Source of the DNA: Candidatus Moraniibacteriota bacterium
Lineage (GTDB): Bacteria; Patescibacteriota; Minisyncoccia; Moranbacterales; UBA1568
Assembly (NCBI GenBank): GCA_049290235.1
Contig: JBATNG010000009.1
Span: 185 to 64,184, forward strand
Reading direction: 5' to 3'
DNA length: 64,000 nt
A model generated the notes under the pieces. The model searched no databases and had not been told where the DNA came from. It saw only the letters and a list, made by a program, of their open reading frames with translations. A program made the position numbers and the translations under genes. Shown piece after piece: positions 36,060-45,959 of the stretch (position 1 is the first letter of the stretch; each line of letters starts with the position of its first letter).

Positions 36060-37457
36060 ATGACGCTAGCTGTACGAATAGTCAATGTACGCTATACTGT
36101 AGGGCTAAATATGGGACTATCCTGGCTTACATTCAAGAATTTCGAACAAGTACTGATATACGCGTATATCTGGCAGATTCCGTTTTCTTGGCGCCATATA
36201 TTTGATCCGAGCCGAAGCCAGATTAGCCCTAGTTTTAACGAATATATGGATATATCTCTCTATGTTGGAGAGGTAATCCTATTTATTGCACTTATTATAC
36301 ACATAACATACAACAAAAAAATAGTAACGTCAATACTTAATAGTATTCATAAAACTTATAACACAAAACAGATACATTGGTTGTTCCACGTGGAACAGAA
36401 AATTTTAATTCTTGTACTCATACCATTTTTTATACTTCATCTGTTAAGTTCGATTGATATGCTTCTTTCATTAGTTACTTTGTTACGTGTCTGTTTTTTT
36501 ATCATATTCATATATTTGATTCATTCTGAATATGTTTCACGTGGAACAAAGTTTCTGAACGATCTATTTATAATTTTCGTGATAAGTTTGATTATTCAGT
36601 TGATTATATCGTTCGGGCAAGTTGTAACCGGTTCATCTTTGGGGTTGTACTTCATGAATGAATCAGTTCTATCTCTAAACTTGAGCAATATCGCCAAGTC
36701 TCATCTGCTGAACTATGAATTACTGCGTGGTTATGGAACATTTCCACACCCAAATGTTCTGGCAGCATATGCAGTATTTGTTCTGGTTTATGCATACTCA
36801 TTTCGAGATATATTGTTCCACGTGAAACATAATCTAAAATTCCTGATCCCGATAGTAGCTTTCGTTGTATTGCTTACACAGTCGAAACTATTCATACTTT
36901 TCTTGCTTTGCATGCTGCTCATCATTTCATCAAAAGCAACTCAAATGTTCCACGTGAAACATCTATTTCGTATATTGATACTGATACTCGTGACATTTAG
37001 TATATATTTTGTATTTCATAGAGACTTGCTGACCACAGCAAGTACGCGTGTAAATCAGGCGGAAATTCAGATTCAGCAGTACAGATCTCAATTGTTCGGA
37101 ACCGGAATTGGAACTTATCGCCTGAGTTATGACACGCTTCAAGTAAATTGGTGGAATATGGAGCCGATCCATTTCGTACCGTATATTGTACTATCAGAAT
37201 TAGGACTAGGATTTTCAATATTTCTTATCTACTGTGCCTATAAATATATTAAAAATGTTCCACGTGAAACATGGGGGATAATTCAGTACTTCACTGTATT
37301 TCTCTCCTTTATGTTAGGTGTCGATCATTATACCTGGGATATCTATCAAGGTACTTTTCTTTTAGCTACAACTATCTGGATGATATTGACACTTGACAAT
37401 ACTATCAATATTATGCAAAGTAATGTAATTAGTCAACTAATAGAAAAGACTGGTTAA
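36060..37457 (+). CDS. O-antigen ligase / Wzy-type polysaccharide polymerase family membrane protein (low-GC gene)
   Basis: ~10-12 predicted TM helices. YGTFPHPNVLAAYAVF motif resembles the Wzy_C/O-antigen-ligase signature (G..H.HN..L). A 465-codon uninterrupted ORF in ~25-35% GC DNA is strong coding evidence. Confidence 0.6.
   Translation: MTLAVRIVNVRYTVGLNMGLSWLTFKNFEQVLIYAYIWQIPFSWRHIFDPSRSQISPSFNEYMDISLYVGEVILFIALIIHITYNKKIVTSILNSIHKTYNTKQIHWLFHVEQKILILVLIPFFILHLLSSIDMLLSLVTLLRVCFFIIFIYLIHSEYVSRGTKFLNDLFIIFVISLIIQLIISFGQVVTGSSLGLYFMNESVLSLNLSNIAKSHLLNYELLRGYGTFPHPNVLAAYAVFVLVYAYSFRDILFHVKHNLKFLIPIVAFVVLLTQSKLFILFLLCMLLIISSKATQMFHVKHLFRILILILVTFSIYFVFHRDLLTTASTRVNQAEIQIQQYRSQLFGTGIGTYRLSYDTLQVNWWNMEPIHFVPYIVLSELGLGFSIFLIYCAYKYIKNVPRETWGIIQYFTVFLSFMLGVDHYTWDIYQGTFLLATTIWMILTLDNTINIMQSNVISQLIEKTG
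36382..37272. repeat. Five copies of an 18-bp palindromic element ATGTTCCACGTGAAACAT (core GTTCCACGTGGAAC) dispersed inside the O-antigen-ligase-like CDS
   Basis: Copies centred at ~36390 (TTGTTCCACGTGGAACAG), ~36540 (TATGTTTCACGTGGAACAAA, opposite orientation), ~36820 (TTGTTCCACGTGAAACAT), ~36954 (ATGTTCCACGTGAAACAT) and ~37264 (ATGTTCCACGTGAAACAT). They fall in different reading frames (FHVKH / FHVEQ / VPRET / VSRGT), so the repeat is at DNA level. Each unit is 18 bp, i.e. 6 codons. Confidence 0.8.
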
Positions 37458-37792
37458 TAAGATTTCAAGAGAAAGTAGGATGATTATTGAAATCGGCTGT
37501 GGGTTTTGCATTGGTACCGATACTGTGGGTGGTTTCAGACAGTAGCTTCCATTTGCTCAGCGTAGATACATGACCCACATCTACCCAGTTGCTTTGATCT
37601 CAGCATCTCATCTGTATCGATGAGTTTTCAACGTTTAGTGGATAGCTTCCAAGCAAGGTGCAATGATGCTGAGTCTTGGTTCAGTGAGGAACAATATTAT
37701 TTCTGGGTTTAAAGTATCGAGGATACCTCTTTGAGAATAGAAATTGATACATCTCTGCCACTGTTGCAAATAGTATGTTGTGATATACTTTA

Positions 37793-38779
37793 TTGCATAT
37801 GGGTGTATCACAAACAAAAAACAATTTGCGTTGGAGCATTTTTGTATTCGCTTTTTTGTGTCTCGCGAGTTCGGCGCTGTATGTCGTGGCTGATGAAGTT
37901 TCAACCACGGATGTTGTTGCGTTTAATGATGCCGATACGGATGGATTATCGAATGAAGAGGAAAAGATTTACGGCACCGATGTGGATGTCGCTGATACGG
38001 ATGGTGATGGCTATAGTGATGGTGTGGAAATAGAAGGAGGATTCGACCCATTGAAACCTGCTCCTGGGGATCGGATTGTACAAGAAGAGGTGACGACAAT
38101 TGTACAGTCAGCGGAACTTCAATCGAGCAATCTCACATCGAAGGCAAAAGACGAGTTTGCTGCGCTCCTAGAAACGAAAGGAGAGAATACTGAAATCACA
38201 AACGAGGATTTCACATCTGTGTTAAATACAGTGATGGCGACGAGTCAAAAAGAGATAGAGTTGCCTGAAGTTGATAGTTCATCGATTAAAGTTAAAAAAA
38301 TTGCTGCGAATCTCTCTGATGAGGAGAGGACACAGCAGAGTAGAGAAGATACAATAGAGTATCTTACGCTTGCTGCATACATCCTTTTGTCGAATATACC
38401 AACTCCGGTCAAAGACGAATTTCAATTTGAGAATTTTATCGCTGCTTCAAGTAGCGCGATGATGGCGAGTTTGGTTTCTGGGGATTTTAGTTTTCTTGAT
38501 GAATCTGAGAGACGAGCCAAGAGCGCGCTCGATGAAATCAATCAGTTAGAAGTCCCTGAGAACATGGTCAACACTCACATGAAGGCGATTCAGTTGCTTG
38601 CGTATATCTCGAATATGAAGCAGAGTGTTCAGAGTTCTGTATCGCCTGAGGATCCGCTGGCACAGATGATGGCGTTTTCAAAAATCATCGGTGTGGTTGT
38701 TTCCTTACAGAGCTACATGCAAGACACCGAGACAATGCTTACCCAATATGGTATTCAAGGGATATCACTTGATTTATAG
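37793..38779 (+). CDS. Secreted/membrane-anchored protein with thrombospondin-type-3-like Ca-binding Asp repeats, hypothetical
   Basis: Signal/anchor WSIFVFAFLCLASSALYVVA. DADTDGLSNEEE ... DVADTDGDGYSDGVE repeats. Acidic helical remainder. Confidence 0.5.
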   Translation: MHMGVSQTKNNLRWSIFVFAFLCLASSALYVVADEVSTTDVVAFNDADTDGLSNEEEKIYGTDVDVADTDGDGYSDGVEIEGGFDPLKPAPGDRIVQEEVTTIVQSAELQSSNLTSKAKDEFAALLETKGENTEITNEDFTSVLNTVMATSQKEIELPEVDSSSIKVKKIAANLSDEERTQQSREDTIEYLTLAAYILLSNIPTPVKDEFQFENFIAASSSAMMASLVSGDFSFLDESERRAKSALDEINQLEVPENMVNTHMKAIQLLAYISNMKQSVQSSVSPEDPLAQMMAFSKIIGVVVSLQSYMQDTETMLTQYGIQGISLDL

Positions 38780-38788
38780 TCGGAGAAT

Positions 38789-39865
38789 ATGCTAACGCCT
38801 GTGAATCATCACTACCGATCGAGGAAGGCAATTGCATCACTGATGATACTGTCTGTTGTTTTTGTTGGCGCGGTCCCGCGTCCAGTATATGCGTGGGATG
38901 CAGCGTTTGGTGCGACCATCGGTGAAATCATTCAGACAATCCGAGAGCAGTTGCTGGCTATGCTGAAAGGTATTGCCAAGCGTGCCGCGATCGAGATTGC
39001 GAGAGACGCTGCCAATAAGCTGGTTGGTGGCGGATCTTCAAAGAAGGCAGCTTTCATCACTGACTACAAGGAGTATATCTATGGCATCGCATTGGACGAG
39101 GGCATGATCTATATGAATGACCTCCTCACGACCGTGACGGGAGGCAAGAATTCGGCACTCAATTATGTCGTGGCGGGAGGAAGTCTACAGCAACTAGGAA
39201 TGAATTATGTGAACTATTTGAATTCGGAAGTAAATGCCGCCTTTGCTGCTGACCGCTGTAAGTACAATCTGGATCAGTATACGCCCAATGTGATGGTATC
39301 GCTCGGCGAAGGGGATTGGCGGACCTTGAACGCTATGGTGTCAGTCGACTGTAATAACCCGCTGGGCTTAAGCCTCATGATCAAGGAGGAAACTCAGAAA
39401 AAGATAACCCAACAGCAGGAAATAGCGAAGACCAAAGCCATCGCGGGCAAGGGATTTACGGGTCTCGAGATCAATGGGAAAACAGTTTCACCCGGCTCCA
39501 TCATTGCTGGTGTCACAGAAACAACCCAAACTGAAGTCTTAAAATTGGTCGGAAATTCGACTGAATGGGGGGAGCTAATTGCGGCAGCAGCGGGTGCCTT
39601 TGCCAATCAGGCGCTGAACAATATTTATCAAAAAGGTTTTGAGTCAGTCTCGAAGAACATCAGTCGTGAACTCGGAAAGGTTGATTCGCAGATACGTGAT
39701 GCGAGAACTGGTCTACAGCAGAAACTCGGTCCGGGATCACAATTCATGCGCAATTCGAATCAGCAGCTTGGTGGCTGGAGCGGGAGCGCATCAAGTGCTG
39801 GAAAATACACGGGCGTTCAGCAATCCCTTGTCAATTTCAATTCGACTCCCGACCCCGACCCGTAG
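38789..39865 (+). CDS. Secreted hypothetical protein
   Basis: Signal peptide IASLMILSVVFVGAVPRPVYAWDA. Gly/Asn/Gln-rich mature region. No recognised domain. Confidence 0.5.
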   Translation: MLTPVNHHYRSRKAIASLMILSVVFVGAVPRPVYAWDAAFGATIGEIIQTIREQLLAMLKGIAKRAAIEIARDAANKLVGGGSSKKAAFITDYKEYIYGIALDEGMIYMNDLLTTVTGGKNSALNYVVAGGSLQQLGMNYVNYLNSEVNAAFAADRCKYNLDQYTPNVMVSLGEGDWRTLNAMVSVDCNNPLGLSLMIKEETQKKITQQQEIAKTKAIAGKGFTGLEINGKTVSPGSIIAGVTETTQTEVLKLVGNSTEWGELIAAAAGAFANQALNNIYQKGFESVSKNISRELGKVDSQIRDARTGLQQKLGPGSQFMRNSNQQLGGWSGSASSAGKYTGVQQSLVNFNSTPDPDP

Positions 39866-39935
39866 ACATTCCTTGAAGGAAATGCTTCTTTCGTTTTGTA
39901 CTTGGCAGCCGAGGGTGGAATACGTTTTGACACAA

Positions 39936-39968
39936 ACAAAAAGAGCTGTCTGAGGAGAGCTCTTTTTT
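39936..39968. terminator. Bidirectional rho-independent terminator
   Basis: AAAAAGAGCT-GTCTGAGGAG-AGCTCTTTTTT, a 7-bp stem flanked by an A-run and a T-run. Follows the secreted-protein gene on plus and the 3' end of tRNA-Val on minus. Confidence 0.5.
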
Positions 39969-40044
39969 GGTGGACAATACTGGATTCGAACCAGTGACCT
40001 TCACAATGTCAATGTGACGCTCTAACCAACTGAGCTAATTGTCC
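39968..40044 (-). tRNA. tRNA-Val (GAC)
   Basis: GGACAATTAGCTCAGTTGGTTAGAGCGTCACATTGACATTGTGAAGGTCACTGGTTCGAATCCAGTATTGTCCACCA. Anticodon loop TTGACAT (GAC). Canonical arms, CCA encoded. Confidence 0.9.
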
Positions 40045-40139
40045 AATTTTGAAACGAGTGGAAGGGGACAGTAGTTTGAATCCCCATGAACCAAAAAGAA
40101 ACACCGTGATACTGTAGCACAATTTTTGTCGGAGGCAAA

Positions 40140-41024
40140 TTAGCTCGGCACTACGCCCGATTGACTTTCTCTCGGCTCGAGCACCGCCTCCGTAGTCGCG
40201 GGTTTTTTTGGAGGAGTGGCGATAGAGTGGAAAAAACTCACGCGAAGTGCCTGATCAAATACATAGTAGAGGCCGAAGGGGAGCGAGAGTACGGGCGAGA
40301 GGATTCGGTCCGGACGGAGTTCAGACACCCCCGAGATGGCGGTACAGCTCTCGATGAGTAAGGCAAAGCAGAGTGCGAGTAGTGCTGCGTAGAAGAAAAA
40401 AAGAGTCGAATTGAAGGTCTGTCGTCGATACAGGCGAAAACCGAGATCGAGAGCGGGGGATAATCGGACATGCCCCAAGAGCGTGTAGAGGAAGGTAAGT
40501 TCCTTGATGCAATAGAGGTAGATGCTGATGACCAGGAAGAGAAGTAAACCGATTTCGAGAATTCCGCCGAGTATCGATGGGTTGAATCGCCAGGCAGCGA
40601 GGCAGGGGATTGCGAGTAATGATACGACTGCGATGAGCATGAGCCAGTACACGAGATCGCAGGCGAGGGAAACAAAGAGCGCTCTGAGGTACTCCGTTCG
40701 TGAGATTCGTTTCTGCCGAGACAGCCCATTCTCTTTCCTTACACGACCGAGCAGCAGGACGAGTGGTCCGCGGAGCGCCGACTGAATACAGGCAGCAAAA
40801 AGAGACAAACCCATGAGGCTGATGGCTGATGAGTGTGTGAGGGTGTGGAGAAAGACGGAACGATCGCTAGAATCCGATAGCATGTGTTGTATCTCCCCGG
40901 CTGCATACGAGCTGATACCGATGAGGGCCCCGATCGGGATAGCGATCCACCACACAAAATGTCCTCGCCAAGCCATGCGTAACGCACGGATCGTGATACT
41001 CGTGAGGGGCGCCATTTCAGGCAT
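40140..41024 (-). CDS. Polytopic membrane protein, hypothetical
   Basis: ~7 hydrophobic helices across 294 aa. Hydrophilic Pro/Thr-rich C-terminal tail. No motif recognised. Confidence 0.5.
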   Translation of the reverse strand: MPEMAPLTSITIRALRMAWRGHFVWWIAIPIGALIGISSYAAGEIQHMLSDSSDRSVFLHTLTHSSAISLMGLSLFAACIQSALRGPLVLLLGRVRKENGLSRQKRISRTEYLRALFVSLACDLVYWLMLIAVVSLLAIPCLAAWRFNPSILGGILEIGLLLFLVISIYLYCIKELTFLYTLLGHVRLSPALDLGFRLYRRQTFNSTLFFFYAALLALCFALLIESCTAISGVSELRPDRILSPVLSLPFGLYYVFDQALRVSFFHSIATPPKKPATTEAVLEPRESQSGVVPS

Positions 41025-41050
41025 AAGCAGTGAAGTGAACGCGGATAGGG

Positions 41051-42901
41051 CTACGGTGTGGCTGTGGCCAGTGCCGGAGTCGGTATCATTTCTCGGATGA
41101 TAGCATCAAACTCGTCTTTTTCGAGCGTTTCTTTCTCTAGGAGCGTGGTCGCAATCCGATCGAGAATGGTGCGTTTCGCAGCGAGAATCGCTGTTGCTTG
41201 ATCGAAAGCATCGGCAATGAGACGAGAGACTTCGGAATCAATAGAGCGAGCCGTTTCTTCTGAGTAATTGCGCTCTTCGTGCATCTCACGGCCGAGGAAG
41301 ATAAGCTCTTCTTTTTTTCCAAACGTCCGAGCACCAAGCTGGCTCATGCCGTAGCGGGTGACCATATTGCGTGCCATCTGGGTCGCGCGCTCGAGGTCAT
41401 TCGAAGGGCCAGTGGTGACAGTACCAAAGATGAGCTTTTCACTTGCATAGCCTCCGAGGAGCACCGCGAGTTCGTCAATGAAATAGTCATCGGTGTGTAA
41501 CGTCTTGTCTTCGGATGGGACCGCCATGGTGTAGCCGCCAGCATGACCGCGTGAAATAATCGAGACTTTGTGGACCGGGTCGGCATTTTTGAGACTTGCT
41601 CCGACGAGGGCGTGGCCACCTTCGTGGTAGGCAATGATTTTCTTTTCTTCCTCATTGATAACGCGACTGCGACGCTCCGGACCGAGGATGACCTTCTCGA
41701 TGGATTCGGCGAGTTCTTGCATCCCGATCTCCTTCATATTTCGGCGGGTGGCGAGGATAGCCCCTTCATTGACCAGGTTGGCGAGGTCAGCGCCAGAGAA
41801 ACCGGGTGTGCGTTCAGCGATCCGGCGCATATTCACATCATTGGCAAGCGGCTTGTTCTTGGTGTGGATCTTCAGGATGGCTTCGCGCTCATTGATATCC
41901 GGTAGGTCCATGGTGACCCGGCGATCGAAGCGGCCTGGGCGGAGCAAGGCTGGGTCGAGGACATCGGGACGATTGGTCGAAGCGATGACGATGACACTCT
42001 GATCCGTCTCGAACCCATCCATCTCAACGAGGATTTGATTGAGCGTTTGCTCACGCTCATCGTGTCCGCCGCCCAAGCCTGCGCCACGATGGCGTCCGAC
42101 AGCGTCGATTTCATCGATGAAGACGATCGCTGGGGCATTTTTCTTGGCTTGCTTGAAGAGGTCGCGGACGCGTGACGCGCCGACACCGACGAACATCTCC
42201 ACGAATTCGCTGCCGCTGATGTTGAAAAAGGGGACACCAGCTTCACCGGCGACGGCCTTGGCCATGAGTGTCTTGCCGGTTCCTGGGGGCCCAAGGAGGA
42301 GGACCCCTTTCGGGATCTTGGCTCCCATTGCGAGAAATTTTTTCGGCATCCGGAGGAATTCGACAACTTCCATGAGTTCCTGCTTGGCTTCGGTTGCTCC
42401 AGCGACATCTTTGAAGGTGATACGCTTTTTCTTATCCTTCGGGTCGAGGACGCGAGCGCGACTCATACCGAAACTCAGCGCCTGAGCATTGCCGCGCTGG
42501 GCTTGGCGCATCATGAACCAGATAAAAGCCGAGATGAGGATGAAGGGGAGGATGAAGGGGAGGAGGGTGAGCATCCAGTAGCCGAAACCCGAGTCTTCTT
42601 TCACGGTGACCGAAACAGATTTGAACTTTTCCTTGTCGATCTGATAATTAGCGAGCGTTTCGGTGAACGAACTCTCCGATTCTTTGCTGGCCTTCTCTTT
42701 CGATCCGTCCTGCTTCACGATCTCGAGCGTATTGCCGGTCACGACGATTTCCTTGATCTCACCGGCATTGATCTGGGTTACGAGCTCCGAGAGCGAGACA
42801 TCAGTCGATCGCTTTTCGGGTGATGAATAGAGGATCATGATCCCGGAAAGCAAGAGGAACAAGAACACTACGAGCCCGATATTTTTCATCAACTTATCCA
42901 T
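41051..42901 (-). CDS. ftsH: ATP-dependent zinc metalloprotease FtsH
   Basis: N-terminal TM, periplasmic domain, second TM. AAA module (GPPGTGKT Walker [12 protein letters not shown] Walker B, SRH). HEGGHAL zinc-binding HExxH. 616 aa. Confidence 0.95.
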   Translation of the reverse strand: MDKLMKNIGLVVFLFLLLSGIMILYSSPEKRSTDVSLSELVTQINAGEIKEIVVTGNTLEIVKQDGSKEKASKESESSFTETLANYQIDKEKFKSVSVTVKEDSGFGYWMLTLLPFILPFILISAFIWFMMRQAQRGNAQALSFGMSRARVLDPKDKKKRITFKDVAGATEAKQELMEVVEFLRMPKKFLAMGAKIPKGVLLLGPPGTGKTLMAKAVAGEAGVPFFNISGSEFVEMFVGVGASRVRDLFKQAKKNAPAIVFIDEIDAVGRHRGAGLGGGHDEREQTLNQILVEMDGFETDQSVIVIASTNRPDVLDPALLRPGRFDRRVTMDLPDINEREAILKIHTKNKPLANDVNMRRIAERTPGFSGADLANLVNEGAILATRRNMKEIGMQELAESIEKVILGPERRSRVINEEEKKIIAYHEGGHALVGASLKNADPVHKVSIISRGHAGGYTMAVPSEDKTLHTDDYFIDELAVLLGGYASEKLIFGTVTTGPSNDLERATQMARNMVTRYGMSQLGARTFGKKEELIFLGREMHEERNYSEETARSIDSEVSRLIADAFDQATAILAAKRTILDRIATTLLEKETLEKDEFDAIIREMIPTPALATATP

Positions 42902-43005
42902 AGTATTGAAAAGGAATTAGGAGGAAAGAATCAAGAATTAAGACAGCCGTATTTATTATAGAGTGATAAAAGCAAGCTTCAGCCTACCATAGGATAACTC
43001 ATTTT

Positions 43006-43710
43006 TCAACCCGATGCTCCTTCAGTCGCGGGCGGCGTGTTTTTATGCTTTTGACTGAGAATATGGGCGGTTTTTCTGAGAGTAGCGATGATGTTTGGAT
43101 TGAAGGTTTCGAGAAGTGGCAAGAGTTCGTGGCGGATACGATTTCGGGTGAAGCGTCGGGAGAAGTTACTTCGGTCGACTCTCGAATGGATTCTTTCCGT
43201 CTCGATGAAAGCTTCAATTTCCATGCGATTGAAAGCAAGGAGCGGCCGGGCAAGATTGGAATGAGCTCGTTCAAATGGTGAGAGCCCAGCCATCCCCGAA
43301 CCACGCAAGAGGTTTAAGAGAAATGTCTCGGCGACATCATTCATGGTATGGGCAGTGGCGATCACATCAAAGTCATGCTTTCTGCGAAGCCGTTCGAAAA
43401 ATCGATAACGAATGATACGCAATTGCTCTTCGACATTGTTCTTGGGGCGTTCTTTTGGATGGAGTGTAGAAAGTGGCACGGACCAGGCTTCGCACAACTT
43501 CTGAACAAGCACTTCATCCCGGTTCGAATCGCGGCCGCGAAGTCCATAGTTTACGTGCGCTACCCTGAGTGTGAATCCATGCTTTTCACGGAGCCGCGCG
43601 AGCAACATGAACAGCGCGACACTGTCGGGACCACCTGAAACAGCCACGATAATCTTCGAGCCACGGGGAAGCAGGCTATTTTTCGCGAGCGCGTTCTGAA
43701 AACGGCGCAC
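43006..43710 (-). CDS. tilS: tRNA(Ile)-lysidine synthetase (N-terminal PP-loop ATPase domain form)
   Basis: PP-loop IIVAVSGGPDSVAL, followed by ...HVNYGLRGRDS...TAHTMNDVAETFLLNLLRG. The ORF-track ORF (431 aa) extends far upstream in a frame overlapping gmk. I place the start at the GTG at 43710 (VRRFQNALAKNSLLPRGSK, 19 aa before the P-loop). The ATG at 43815 would overlap gmk by ~70 nt. Confidence 0.65.
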   Translation of the reverse strand: MRRFQNALAKNSLLPRGSKIIVAVSGGPDSVALFMLLARLREKHGFTLRVAHVNYGLRGRDSNRDEVLVQKLCEAWSVPLSTLHPKERPKNNVEEQLRIIRYRFFERLRRKHDFDVIATAHTMNDVAETFLLNLLRGSGMAGLSPFERAHSNLARPLLAFNRMEIEAFIETERIHSRVDRSNFSRRFTRNRIRHELLPLLETFNPNIIATLRKTAHILSQKHKNTPPATEGASG

Positions 43711-43744
43711 AAAAACCAGTCCAGCGTGCGTTACCGCGAGGCCG

Positions 43745-44308
43745 CTACTTCTCGAGATGGGACTCGATGATGGCTTTGACTTGGCTAATTGCTTCGTCGA
43801 GCTTGCCTTCCTCATTTTCGACTTGGTAGTCATAGATATCGAGATGCTTGAGCCATTCCTTGGTATAGGCGAGTCGTTCTTGAAAATATATCTCGTCTTT
43901 TCCGTTGTCGCGCGCTCGCAATCTGGTCTCAAGAACTTCAATTGGAGCGGAAATGTAGATGGCTGGAATTTCCGGATGTAACTTTTTGATCGTGAGGACG
44001 CCTTTCCAGTCGACTCGCCACAAAGCGATGCCACCTTTGGTCTGTATCCGTTCGAGTTCTGCTTTCGTGACGCCATAGAGCGCACCATTCTCATTGACTG
44101 AGTATTCGGCGAAGTTTCCTGTTGCGATGCCTTCCGTGAAAGCTGTTGGCGAAACAAAGTAGTACGAATCGCCTTCCCGTTCGCCGGGCCGTATCTCCCG
44201 GGTGGTGGTAGTGATAATGCGTTCGACCGGCAGTTTCGACCGGAGACCATCGATGATTGAGTCCTTCCCTGAGCCGGCCGCCCCGGAAATGATGAAGACA
44301 TTTTTCAT
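43745..44308 (-). CDS. gmk: Guanylate kinase
   Basis: P-loop ISGAAGSGKDS. GMP-binding signature TTTTREIRPGEREGDSYYFVS. Start at the ATG at 44308 (MKNVFIISG...). Confidence 0.85.
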   Translation of the reverse strand: MKNVFIISGAAGSGKDSIIDGLRSKLPVERIITTTTREIRPGEREGDSYYFVSPTAFTEGIATGNFAEYSVNENGALYGVTKAELERIQTKGGIALWRVDWKGVLTIKKLHPEIPAIYISAPIEVLETRLRARDNGKDEIYFQERLAYTKEWLKHLDIYDYQVENEEGKLDEAISQVKAIIESHLEK

Positions 44309-44366
44309 ACTTGTTTGATGCTTGTACTTACGAAAGCGCCCCTCAGGAGAGGGACGCGTTGGCACA

Positions 44367-45491
44367 TTACTTTTTCACCGGGAGAAGTCCGAGACGGTGC
44401 GTCCGTGGCTCGATGGAGAGAATTTTCCAACTGTACGGTTTGCCGACCTCAAAAACTTCTTCCATCTTGCGGCCAGGGTAGATGTCGGAGAATTCTGAGA
44501 CATGGGCGAGGCCGTGGATGTCTTTGTCGAGGTAGACGAAGGCGCCGAAGTGATTCATCTTGTCGACGGTCCCAGGGACTTCGTCGCCGACCTTGTAGCG
44601 CTCACCGACATGTTCCCATGGGTCAGCCTTCAGCGCTTTCATGGACAGCGAGATCCGGTTGTCGTCGATACCGATTATCTTGGCTGAGACAGTATCACCG
44701 GTTTTCACGATTTCGCGCGGATCATCGATGAGCTGCCAGGCGAGTTCAGAGATATGGACGAGTCCCTCGAGGCGTTTGTCGGCGTGTTCACCGGGGAGGG
44801 CAAACTTCACGAAGGCACCAAAGTCCACGACGCCGGAGACTGTTCCTTCGATTGTGTCACCGACGTGGAGGAGGTTGAGAAATTCTTTTTCCTTTTCGCT
44901 CTGGGCGGCTTTTTCGGAGACGATGAGCTTTTCACCTTCACGATCGGCGTCCAGGATGCGGACGGTCAACGTTTCGCCGATGAGCTTCTTCAAGAGGTCG
45001 AGGATCTTGTTCTTGTCACCGTCCTCAACACGCGGGTAGTGTTCACTCGCGAGTTGGGAGACGGGGAGGAAGCCAGGGATGCCGTTGACCTCGATCATGA
45101 GCCCACCTTTGTTGGCATCGCTCACCTTGGTCTCGACGACTTCTTTCTTTGTGAGCTTGGTCTCGATGTCTTCCCAGCTCTTGTCATACGACGCTTCTCG
45201 GATGGACAGCTCGATCATGCCATCCTCGTTCTCAAAGCTCGTGAGGGTGGCTTGGACCGTATCGCCGAGACGGAGCTTCACGCCTCCGCCGAGGCCGTCT
45301 TTCATCTCTTTCCCCAAGACAATACCCGTCCCGAGGGAGCCGAGATCGACCAAAGCCGAACTTGATCCGACATGAATGACTGTACCAGGAATAACATCGC
45401 CGATATCGGGTATCGGGGCCGAATGCGTCTCATAGAGCTGCTCGAGCTCGGTCATATTACTTTTCAGCTTCAGATCGGTCATGTTTGACAT
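44367..45491 (-). CDS. rpsA: 30S ribosomal protein S1 (four S1-domain form)
   Basis: Four tandem S1/OB repeats (GDVIPGTVIHV..., G.IVEGTVS..., GDTVSAKIIGID..., G..VPGTVDKMNHFGAFV...). 374 aa. Long AU-rich leader upstream. Confidence 0.9.
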   Translation of the reverse strand: MSNMTDLKLKSNMTELEQLYETHSAPIPDIGDVIPGTVIHVGSSSALVDLGSLGTGIVLGKEMKDGLGGGVKLRLGDTVQATLTSFENEDGMIELSIREASYDKSWEDIETKLTKKEVVETKVSDANKGGLMIEVNGIPGFLPVSQLASEHYPRVEDGDKNKILDLLKKLIGETLTVRILDADREGEKLIVSEKAAQSEKEKEFLNLLHVGDTIEGTVSGVVDFGAFVKFALPGEHADKRLEGLVHISELAWQLIDDPREIVKTGDTVSAKIIGIDDNRISLSMKALKADPWEHVGERYKVGDEVPGTVDKMNHFGAFVYLDKDIHGLAHVSEFSDIYPGRKMEEVFEVGKPYSWKILSIEPRTHRLGLLPVKK

Positions 45492-45879
45492 AGGGGGATA
45501 GCGTGGAGCGCTTAGCGGGTAGCTTGGAGGGAAGCAACGAGCTAAAGGCTGCGTGGGAGTGGGGAATCCCGTAAAAAATTAAAACCCCGGGAATCGGGGT
45601 GCCAAAGAATCAAAACAGGGGACCAAAAGAGAAGAAAAACAAAGGAAACGCTTCTCGATCAGGATTCAGGCATCCCGTATTCAATTGTTTTACAGCTTAG
45701 ATAACGTGGGGCCAGTCTAGCAGGGAAGCCCGAAAGAATCAAGCCAGACGCGCTCTGGTTCGACCCGCATGCACAAGAAACCTAACGGTCGTTAATGTTT
45801 GTGTGCAAAGTGTAAGAAATTTCATCGAGAGGATGCGCACAAAGTATAACGGTCGTGTGTATCTGTGAGCGTCTTTTGG

Positions 45880-45925
45880 GGTGTTTTGGGCAAAAGAAAG
45901 CGCCCCGGTGCAGTGCAACGGGGCG
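45880..45925 (-). terminator. Rho-independent terminator for the small-membrane-protein operon (minus strand)
   Basis: GC-rich 7-bp stem CGCCCCG/CGGGGCG with 11-nt loop, followed on the minus strand by CUUUCUUUUG. Confidence 0.4.
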
Positions 45926-45959
45926 AGGTTGTGTGTGGACTGTGAAGTCTTTGGGTGGT

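Noticed and set aside
43711-44301. Upstream 197 codons of the 431-aa tilS ORF
   Set aside because: It occupies the same DNA as the well-supported gmk gene in a different frame and is low-complexity Ser/Arg-rich.
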